A DNA stretch of 64,000 nt from IMG/VR virus record IMGVR_UViG_3300030104_006170, one strand, 5' to 3'. The stretch's first letter is position 1. The number at the start of each line of letters is the position of its first letter. Below are positions 30,801-37,769 of the stretch, one piece after another. Under the pieces are notes generated by a model. The model did not search any database. It was not told where the DNA came from and saw only the letters and a list, made by a program, of their open reading frames with translations. The DNA is from a virus. Lineage: Duplodnaviria; Caudoviricetes. A program made the position numbers and the translations under genes.

Positions 30801-31320
30801 CACCTGGAATTTGTGTAAAGAAGTCACTGTTCATAGCAGAGTTGATGAATGCAGTTTCACCCACAGTAGTGTTAGTACCGGTTAGTGGGACTACGAAAGT
30901 CATAGAAGCTGATGTTGTAGAAGAAGCTACACTACTCCCAGAAACACCACTAGCTCTAAAACTTTTAGGGTCTAATTCCCCTAAAGTTAATACACTAAAT
31001 GATGGTCCCGCATCATAACCACTAAGACCTAATACTCTAGTCACAAATAATTGATTTGATTGACTTAAGTAAGACTTAGCTATATATCCTAACTCATATT
31101 TAGGAATCTGTGAATCCACGTATGTTGTTGGTGACGTACCACCAAACCTTGTTGTAAAGTCATCATACGATTGTATAAAAATAGGTTCAAAAGCTGGTCC
31201 CTTTAAAGTTTCACCAACCACACCTAATGTCGTAACACCTACACTTTGTGCTACAAATGTTAAATCTTTCTCAGAAGTATATACCCCTGGAGAAACAAAT
31301 ACCTTATTACCGTCTGCCAT
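27892..31320 (-). CDS. Tail sheath protein (T4 gp18-like) with large S/T/C-rich inserts; likely start MADGN at 31320
   Basis: VFVSPGVYTSEKDLT, YTATYYPW, PWFASAGYTRG, LNPIATF, IWGNKTLQ, LDRINVRRLL, IYIKPTRALEYI motifs. Confidence 0.93.
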   Translation of the reverse strand: MADGNKVFVSPGVYTSEKDLTFVAQSVGVTTLGVVGETLKGPAFEPIFIQSYDDFTTRFGGTSPTTYVDSQIPKYELGYIAKSYLSQSNQLFVTRVLGLSGYDAGPSFSVLTLGELDPKSFRASGVSGSSVASSTTSASMTFVVPLTGTNTTVGETAFINSAMNSDFFTQIPGVVLNHFRKSDTDTDLGETVTLTNGTTLPTLKQSFLDFFSASLSVKTAANTLCFTGTSMSSSTVTGATAWPCPIVYQYGCIPSATTNTATAATFTSLSANSSAVTVTNVLGSECSDWESYKNDAWYYALFDNDNSTTCCTGSTYSGVSYQIYVSGTPATTATTYTAATGTTTAGTVVYSGTVYMDYVSYTNLSAETEYDGMVVLTLRSRGLSDKASGGPVYSISANTVNMQCSGDYYKVMENPFASFGISAGTVNGTSYTFKTSMSNTSQDYVSRVFGRSPFDKKKEEVPLFVEETYPALLTDAWKKGKVRGLQCCLQYLPSARNTTNTNTIAWYMHQWTTPETPWIVSELQGTDVYRLFKFVSISDGTAANKEIKISLINMSFERGEFDILVRDFYDTDANPNVLEKYTRCSLDPTKVSFIGRKIGTSTGEFELKSKYTMLYLGEGLLDGTFANSVPAGFEGYRFRAYGTCPTNPKLVYKTKYYKPGETIFDPPFGSGTVNNQTVSGGDKVSKVYLGVSNSSGAAYDPDFFNYKGKQVPTTLCTAADGGDWNVITKGFHMDSGATVVIGGSGAYTDWTGTTLNGLPVFDCGAGQFNTEPTLSTEPYKKLRSRKFTVAPHGGFDGWDIYRKTRSNSDDYRMGLSGFLAGACTSSDFPLGTGLGTFKKLSSVEANTDYFAFLRGIETFNNPESVDINVFTTPGLDYVDNLGLVNEAIDMVETQRADSLYVVTTPDYNMFVADTTDTTNQVTPEEAVDNLEDSLIDSNYTATYYPWIQVRDTANNKQIYIPPTAEVMRNIALTDNISFPWFASAGYTRGLVDAVKARKKLTLDERDTLYVGRLNPIATFSDVGPIIWGNKTLQIRESALDRINVRRLLLQTRKLISAVSVRLIFEQNDDIVRQQFLDLVNPILDSIRRDRGLTDFRVVLSNDPEEIDRNEMNGKIYIKPTRALEYIFVEFLITPTGASFEDI

Positions 31321-31423
31321 GTTTTTATAATTTTTAAAATATTTTATTTTCTTTATTATAAATACAAGGGGTATTATCAAAAGTTACGTAGTAAATCACT
31401 ATATTTCCCCCTTAGTAGGTAAA

Positions 31424-31451
31424 TTTTCATACTTTTTTCATACTATATAGT
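31424..31451. promoter_or_regulatory. Direct repeat plus palindrome upstream of the RHH gene (candidate operator)
   Basis: TTTTCATACT at 31424-31433 and 31435-31444 (11-bp period); palindrome ACTATATAGT at 31442-31451. Confidence 0.45.
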
Positions 31452-31476
31452 AGTTATAGCAAAAATATCCTCTATA

Positions 31477-31644
31477 ATGGCCAATAAAGACAAAAAACCA
31501 AAAATAAAAAATTTAAAGATAAGTGAAGAGGTTCATTTTACCCTAAAAGAGTACTGTAAGAAAAACGGACTTAAGATGTTTGCTTTTGTCGAACAATTGA
31601 TAAGGATAAATTGTAAATCTAAAAGAGATATTTACGGGGAATAA
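31477..31644 (+). CDS. Ribbon-helix-helix (Arc/CopG-like) DNA-binding protein, 55 aa
   Basis: Below the ORF-track cutoff. Manual translation MANKDKKPKIKNLKISEEVHFTLKEYCKKNGLKMFAFVEQLIRINCKSKRDIYGE shows a beta strand (KNLKIS) followed by two helices joined at a G turn. Confidence 0.75.
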   Translation: MANKDKKPKIKNLKISEEVHFTLKEYCKKNGLKMFAFVEQLIRINCKSKRDIYGE

Positions 31645-32721
31645 TTAGTATATTAATTTCTCTTGTAGTGTTAAGGTAGCGGGTGCATTACTATTATCCT
31701 TATCAACCCAAATTGTCAACTTATCACCAGGATTTATCATTAACACCTCATTAATGTTATGCTGTACATCATTTATATAAAATTCGTAAGCAATAACATT
31801 CTTAATTCTTAAAGCTGAAATATTAACTTTATAGTCGTAGTTAAGTACTAACTCATCATTACCAGCGTCAAAAGTTAACTTAGTATTTATTTTATCTGGA
31901 TTTTTTGGAGTTCCTTTTGGTTCTTTTTGTCTTTCTTTGGAGTCAAACCCAAACATTACCAACTCACGACTAATAGCCGGTTTAACCTCAAACTCTTCCT
32001 CGTCTAATAAAAATCCTTGGAGTTGAAACTGGTAGTTTTGTTGGTAATATCTTCTTTCTTCTGTATCTATTTTACTCTCGTCACCTATAGAATTCATTAC
32101 TATAGGAATATAATGTCCTTTTACAAATGTATAAGCCTGTCTAGACGTAAACTTTTGTAGTACAACCCTATTAAAATTATTTAACTCTCTCATCCTATTA
32201 CAAATAATTTTAACATCATAAGTTATGTCAACAGGAACTGGTTGAGGTATTGTATATATGTCGTATCCTTTTCTATTTCCATCCCATGTTGGTACCTTTG
32301 CATAATGAAATTGTTTTCTATCTGGTATTGTATATTGTAGTGCTGGGTTGGTTCCGTACTGTACTTCTGGATTTCTAACAACCACAATAAAAGGAAGTTC
32401 TACGTTTTTGTCTTTTGTAGAAAATTTCCATGTTTGTGCCAACTCCCCCCATCTTTGTAACGTAAGAATTCTATCTATAACATTAATTTTTTTACCACTA
32501 CTTACAGTTTTTAGTTGTTCTTCTACAAAATCTAACATACCTCTATCCATATCTGCATGTAAAACAGATTTTGGTAGGTAAGTCCCATCTTCAGTTATTA
32601 GATTTGCTAGTTCTTTTCTTCTATTAGGTGTGGTTATACCATTGTACCCAGTAGGATAGTGTCCCTGGATTGGTCCCGGAGATATATTCAAACTCTTTTT
32701 TACTTTTTTTGGTAATGCCAT
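31645..32721 (-). CDS. Tail terminator / sheath stabiliser (T4 gp15-like)
   Basis: QPVPVDITYDVKIIC...ELNNFNRVVLQKF pattern; neck gene context. Confidence 0.65.
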   Translation of the reverse strand: MALPKKVKKSLNISPGPIQGHYPTGYNGITTPNRRKELANLITEDGTYLPKSVLHADMDRGMLDFVEEQLKTVSSGKKINVIDRILTLQRWGELAQTWKFSTKDKNVELPFIVVVRNPEVQYGTNPALQYTIPDRKQFHYAKVPTWDGNRKGYDIYTIPQPVPVDITYDVKIICNRMRELNNFNRVVLQKFTSRQAYTFVKGHYIPIVMNSIGDESKIDTEERRYYQQNYQFQLQGFLLDEEEFEVKPAISRELVMFGFDSKERQKEPKGTPKNPDKINTKLTFDAGNDELVLNYDYKVNISALRIKNVIAYEFYINDVQHNINEVLMINPGDKLTIWVDKDNSNAPATLTLQEKLIY

Positions 32722-33236
32722 TATACTCCTTTAAATTCATTAGGACTCACATAAGAACATGTAACAGTTCTATAAAAAGCCTTATACCCACCTATAGTGT
32801 GTTTATTATCAGATGTTACTCTACCATCATTTGTTACCGTATAATATCTCATTTTATTTTCAGTTTCAGGATAACCTATATAGTCACCATAATTAATATC
32901 TATATTTAGTTCATTTAAATGTTTTATATAAACACCTAGTGTCATATTTCCAGGCTCTAAATCCTTAACTAAACCATTAGCATAACTATCAAGTTTTGGT
33001 TCATCTATTTTAACATAAGCATTAAACTCTACCGGTGCTTTATATCTAATTTCTTCTGGACCAGATTCACCATAAACATCGTCTACATCTGAAAGTCTAG
33101 CATCCACCCTAAATAAAACCAAAGTAAAATGCATGTCACCGTGTAACCACTCCATACCTACGTTCTGTTCTAACTGAAAATCTTCAGAACTAAAAAATCT
33201 GGATATCCTTGTAATAGGTATTTTTTTATTTGCCAT
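32721..33236 (-). CDS. Neck / head-closure protein (T4 gp14-like)
   Basis: VLFRVD...DDVYGE...KAPVEFNAYV pattern; TAATG coupling to the gp15-like gene. Confidence 0.65.
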   Translation of the reverse strand: MANKKIPITRISRFFSSEDFQLEQNVGMEWLHGDMHFTLVLFRVDARLSDVDDVYGESGPEEIRYKAPVEFNAYVKIDEPKLDSYANGLVKDLEPGNMTLGVYIKHLNELNIDINYGDYIGYPETENKMRYYTVTNDGRVTSDNKHTIGGYKAFYRTVTCSYVSPNEFKGV

Positions 33237-33264
33237 ATAATATGTCCTTTTATTATAAATACAA

Positions 33265-33296
33265 TTTGTCTTTCTTTTCTCTTTTTATTATATTTT
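33265..33296 (+). promoter_or_regulatory. Bacteroidota-type promoter for the SNF2 helicase
   Basis: TTTG (33265-33268), 20 nt, TATATTTT (33289-33296); ATG follows after 4 nt. Confidence 0.6.
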
Positions 33297-33300
33297 TAAT

Positions 33301-35034
33301 ATGGAAAATTTCCCACCAGAAATTAAAGCTAAGAATTTATTAGCTGATTATAGTGGGGCCAATAACTATATTATAGGCCTCAGAAATAATATGCTTAATA
33401 GTAAAACATTTACATTAACACGTTCACAAGCGGACTACATTAATAAAAATTATAGTGAAAAACCTAAGGTTGTGAGGTTATGGATGGAGATAGATGATTA
33501 TTTAGCTAAAGAATACATGTCAACCAAATTTTTACAATCTCCACCCAAATCTATTTGGATTGAGAAGTTACTTAGTGAGACAGAAAAAGCTTACCATGTT
33601 TGGGGTAAGGTGATTGATTCGGATATACTTAATTCTTTTTGGGTTCCTAAAAATCAAATTATTCCTAGAGCTAATCCTGATGTTAAGGTTGATTTTGGTG
33701 AGTTTTCCCATCGTCCACCATTTGAACACCAAAAAATAGCTATAACTAAATTAGTGTCAAATAAAAAATATATCCTAGCAGACGATATGGGTTTAGGTAA
33801 AACTAGTTCTGCTATTATGGCTAGTATAAGTTGTAAAGCAAAAAAAATATTAATTATTTGTCCTGCATCTTTAAAGGTTAATTGGAAGAGAGAAATAGAA
33901 AACTACACTGACGAAACGGTGGGTATAGTAGAAGGTAAGAAATGGGTAGATGGTAAATACATAATTATTAATTACGATATACTTAAAAACTTCCACTCCC
34001 TACCCAAAGACAAAGATAAGAAAAAACAAATTTTAGATTCTAGGTTTGACTTGGTTATCATAGACGAAGCACACTATGTGTCTAATGGAAAAGCTCAAAG
34101 AACTAAATTGGTCAACAACTTAACTTCTAGAATAGATAGATTGTGGTTATTATCTGGTACCCCTATGACATCGAGACCTATGAATTACTATAACCTGTTA
34201 AAGTTGGTTGGGTCAAGAGTTGCAAATAATTGGATTAATTATGTTAGGAGGTATTGTGACGGTAAACAAATTTTTAGGGGGTATAGGAAAATATGGTTGA
34301 CTTTTGGTGCTACTAATTTAGAGGAGTTACGTGATAAAACTAACGATAAAGTTTTACGTAGATTAAAAGAAGATGTGTTAGATTTACCCGATAAGATTAT
34401 AACCCCTATTCATATGGAACTAAAATCTAAAACATATGAAGACGAAATGGGTGATTATCTTGACTGGAGGAGACAAAATAGGAATAAGGGACTATCCATA
34501 CAACTTTCAAAGTTGATGAAGGTTAGACAAATCATAGCTTTAGAAAAAGTTAAGGAGACAATCCAACTAATAGAACAGTGTTTACAACAAGATAAAAAAG
34601 TTATTGTATTTACTAATTTTACAGAACCTTTAATGACTTTACATGAAAAATATAAAAAAGAATCTGTAATTCTTAATGGTACAATGAAAAAAGAAGATAG
34701 ACAAGAAAGTGTAGATAGATTTCAGAATGACGAAAAAGTAAAGGTTTTTATAGGTAATGTAAAAGCAGCAGGAGTAGGAATCACACTAACAGCTGCTGAA
34801 GTAGTAATATTTAATGACTTATCTTTTGTACCCTCAGATATGTCTCAATGTGAAGACCGTGCATTTAGAATAGGACAAGATAAAAAAGTATCTTGTATGT
34901 ACCCTATTTATGACAATACTATAGAAAGAACTATCTATGAATTAGTAAATAAAAAGAAATCAGTTATAGACACTGTTATGGGTGATAACATTAATGAAGA
35001 AGATATTTTAGGTGAAATTTTAAGTGGTTTGTAA
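33301..35034 (+). CDS. SNF2/SWI2-family (HARP/SMARCAL1-like) helicase
   Basis: LADDMGLGKT, ICPASLKVNW, IIDEAH, LSGTP, LRRLKEDV, GVGITLTAA, SQCEDRAFRIGQ. Confidence 0.92.
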   Translation: MENFPPEIKAKNLLADYSGANNYIIGLRNNMLNSKTFTLTRSQADYINKNYSEKPKVVRLWMEIDDYLAKEYMSTKFLQSPPKSIWIEKLLSETEKAYHVWGKVIDSDILNSFWVPKNQIIPRANPDVKVDFGEFSHRPPFEHQKIAITKLVSNKKYILADDMGLGKTSSAIMASISCKAKKILIICPASLKVNWKREIENYTDETVGIVEGKKWVDGKYIIINYDILKNFHSLPKDKDKKKQILDSRFDLVIIDEAHYVSNGKAQRTKLVNNLTSRIDRLWLLSGTPMTSRPMNYYNLLKLVGSRVANNWINYVRRYCDGKQIFRGYRKIWLTFGATNLEELRDKTNDKVLRRLKEDVLDLPDKIITPIHMELKSKTYEDEMGDYLDWRRQNRNKGLSIQLSKLMKVRQIIALEKVKETIQLIEQCLQQDKKVIVFTNFTEPLMTLHEKYKKESVILNGTMKKEDRQESVDRFQNDEKVKVFIGNVKAAGVGITLTAAEVVIFNDLSFVPSDMSQCEDRAFRIGQDKKVSCMYPIYDNTIERTIYELVNKKKSVIDTVMGDNINEEDILGEILSGL

Positions 35035-35073
35035 AAACCAACTTTTCCTTATATTTATATAGAAACAATTGTT

Positions 35074-35484
35074 ATGGATAAAAAAGAATTCACGAAAAAA
35101 CAACTTAAAAAACAGTTAACAACTTTAACTGAATCTAAAGCTGACATTAAATCAGAATTAAAAAAAGCTTATAAGGCTTTAAAAAGTCTTAAGTCTTTGT
35201 TAGTGGGTCATAAAGCGGGAGATGCTACACTTAGTTTTAGTGATTTAAAAAAGATTAAGACAGCTGCAAGACATATTGAAGACATCTATGAAGATATGGT
35301 GGATACGGAGATGAATGAAAAAGAAAAAGAAAAAGAGTCTGAAGTGGAAAAGAAAAATGAACAATCTGAAGGTCATGGAAAAATGTATAATGCTTTACAA
35401 GGTGTAAGAGAAGGTAAGGTTGTTAAGATTAACCAAGGTACACTTAAAAGAATTGTAGAAAGAGTAATTAAAGAACAAAAGTAA
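35074..35484 (+). CDS. Probable internal head protein
   Basis: C-terminal KVVKINQGTLKRIVERVIKEQ motif; TATTTAT 15 nt upstream. Confidence 0.55.
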   Translation: MDKKEFTKKQLKKQLTTLTESKADIKSELKKAYKALKSLKSLLVGHKAGDATLSFSDLKKIKTAARHIEDIYEDMVDTEMNEKEKEKESEVEKKNEQSEGHGKMYNALQGVREGKVVKINQGTLKRIVERVIKEQK

Positions 35485-35505
35485 TTATTTAAACACATAT
35501 TTTAT

Positions 35506-35530
35506 AAAAGGTCCTTACGGGACCTTTTTT
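35506..35530 (+). terminator. Intrinsic terminator
   Basis: AAAAGGTCC-TTACG-GGACCTTTTTT, same stem as the hairpin at 26684. Confidence 0.85.
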
Positions 35531-35569
35531 AATGCCAACTTCTAAGTATTTATATAGAAAGGATATATT

Positions 35570-36706
35570 ATGCCAGCAACAATTGAACCAGCAAAAAGAG
35601 AAAAATTATTTAACCAGGTAAGACATATGTTAGGTGCACCTATTAGAGGTGTTGAACTTGAGGATGAAATGTTAGATACTGCTATTGAATTGGCAATACT
35701 TGATTATGGTCAGTACGTCCAAGATTGGTTAATAGAAAATCAGTGGTCGTCTTTATACGGTCAAGACCTTGATGTTATTTCTTTGACTAGTGCTTTTTTA
35801 ACAAGGGATTTAAATTTTGAAACGTCGTTTACGTACGCTTATTCTAAAATCGTTGGATTACAAGCTGGTGGACCTTACCAACTAAAACAAGATTATTTTA
35901 ATCTTAGTGCAAATACCCAAATTTATGAAATACCAGCTGGTAGAGAAATAAACGAAATTCTGTGGTATAGTAGAGCTGAATTAAACGAATCTTTTATTGA
36001 CCCATTTTTAGGTGCTTTTGGTGGTTTTGGTGGAGGTATGGGTCTAGGTGGGCCAGGAGGTTTTGCTCAAATGGGAATTCAAGGTTCATATTTTTTAATG
36101 CCAGCTTTTGATATTTTACTTAGAATGCAAGATAGAAATCTTAAAAATAGATTAATAGGTGGTGATATGACATACAGAATAACTGCGGGTGCTGGTGGTA
36201 TACATGGACCTAAATATGTTCACTTATATAATGTACCTGGAGGTAGATTTGATTTTGGTAATGTAGAATTCAACGAGCATCGTGTGTATTATTGGTACTA
36301 TGATTCTGGTCCTGAAAATAGGGATGAGTGTTTAGCGGCCAATAAAGATATTGTGTTATTACCTAGTGATGTAACTTTAGACGAAATGACTTTTACTGAA
36401 CTTAATGCACCAGCTCAAGCATGGGTAAGAAGATACTTTTTTGCAAAAGCAAAAGAAATGTTAGGTAGAGTAAGAGGTAAATTTAGTGGTAATCTTAAAA
36501 CACCTGACTCAGAATTAACTATGGAATATTCTGACTTACTTAGTGAAGCAAAAGATGAAATGGCTAAGTTAGTAGAAGAATTAATGACAAGATTAGAAAG
36601 ACTTCGTAACGATAAAATGTTAGAAAGAAAGGCTATGGAAGCTGAAAATTTAAATAAATCACTAGGGTATCGACCAATGAATCCTGGTTCTATATTTGTA
36701 ATATAA
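35570..36706 (+). CDS. Neck / head-tail adaptor protein (T4 gp13-like)
   Basis: MLGAP...VELEDEMLDTAIELAI, WVRRYFFAKAKEMLGRVRGKF, C-terminal helix; neck gene context. Confidence 0.7.
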   Translation: MPATIEPAKREKLFNQVRHMLGAPIRGVELEDEMLDTAIELAILDYGQYVQDWLIENQWSSLYGQDLDVISLTSAFLTRDLNFETSFTYAYSKIVGLQAGGPYQLKQDYFNLSANTQIYEIPAGREINEILWYSRAELNESFIDPFLGAFGGFGGGMGLGGPGGFAQMGIQGSYFLMPAFDILLRMQDRNLKNRLIGGDMTYRITAGAGGIHGPKYVHLYNVPGGRFDFGNVEFNEHRVYYWYYDSGPENRDECLAANKDIVLLPSDVTLDEMTFTELNAPAQAWVRRYFFAKAKEMLGRVRGKFSGNLKTPDSELTMEYSDLLSEAKDEMAKLVEELMTRLERLRNDKMLERKAMEAENLNKSLGYRPMNPGSIFVI

Positions 36707-36707
36707 C

Positions 36708-37769
36708 ATGGGATTTTATACTAAAGTAGATTATAGCAGACAACTAAAACAAAGTGGGGACACAGTTGGTGTCTTTTCTGGTTCGTCTACTTTTGAACAA
36801 ACGGTGGATATTGGTTCAGCTTGTACAGTAGGTGCAGGTCTAACAGGTTGTGGTGATTTTATGGCCTATAAATGTAAAGACTGGACCGAACTTTGTGGTG
36901 CTTGTAATTATACCGCTTCTACCACAGGATATACATTTATGGTTGCACCCTATTCTGCAACTTCGGGTTCGTCCATGGTAACCGTCACACCATTTTCAGC
37001 TATAACTGGATATACACCAGTAGTAGCCATAGGAAAATTACCAACACCACCATTAAGTGGTACTAACAGTAGTTTGTCAACAAATCCAGGTATAAGTGCG
37101 AGTACACTACAAATAGGTAATTTAGGTCTATTATTAGATACCGTTACTAGTGGAAATGTGGATTTACAAATAGACGAATCTGGAAATGTCGTTAGAGGTT
37201 CTTCTTCTTCTAGAAGATACAAAACATCATTAAGAGCTATAGGAACTGAAAGGTATAAAAAATTATTAGATTTAAATACATATTTTTTTAAATATATAGA
37301 AACTGGTGCTGATGGTTTTGGTTTAATAGCTGAAGAACTGGATGCTTTAGGATTTAGAGAATTGGTTATATACGATGGTAAAGGTAGACCGGACAACATT
37401 CAATACAAGCTATTATCGGTTGCTCTTTTAAACCTATTACAAGGATTGTATAAAGACGGTATGAACTTATACATAGACCCAACAGTAGAAACCGATACCA
37501 CAACAAAAGTAATTAATAAAGATTATATTAGTAATGGAGAAGATTTATTAGTTGTTACTGAAAGTTGTAAAATAACTTTAAACTCTAAAAAAGATAAAAA
37601 ATTAAAAATAAAATCTTTGTCTTCTGTTGAGGTGATTCCAGATAATGGTTTAATAGATATGAAATGGGAGTCACTACATTTAGATGGTGATAGTTGTGTT
37701 GAATTTTCTTATGTTGAAGACTTATCCTCTTGGGTGATAGTTAGTTCTGATGGTCTAAAGAATTCCTAA
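36708..37769 (+). CDS. Fibre-like protein with an internal peptidase S74 (intramolecular chaperone) domain
   Basis: SSRRYK...GFGLIAEEL...IQYKLLSVALLNLLQGL is the S74 pattern; S/T/G/C-rich N-terminus. Confidence 0.7.
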   Translation: MGFYTKVDYSRQLKQSGDTVGVFSGSSTFEQTVDIGSACTVGAGLTGCGDFMAYKCKDWTELCGACNYTASTTGYTFMVAPYSATSGSSMVTVTPFSAITGYTPVVAIGKLPTPPLSGTNSSLSTNPGISASTLQIGNLGLLLDTVTSGNVDLQIDESGNVVRGSSSSRRYKTSLRAIGTERYKKLLDLNTYFFKYIETGADGFGLIAEELDALGFRELVIYDGKGRPDNIQYKLLSVALLNLLQGLYKDGMNLYIDPTVETDTTTKVINKDYISNGEDLLVVTESCKITLNSKKDKKLKIKSLSSVEVIPDNGLIDMKWESLHLDGDSCVEFSYVEDLSSWVIVSSDGLKNS

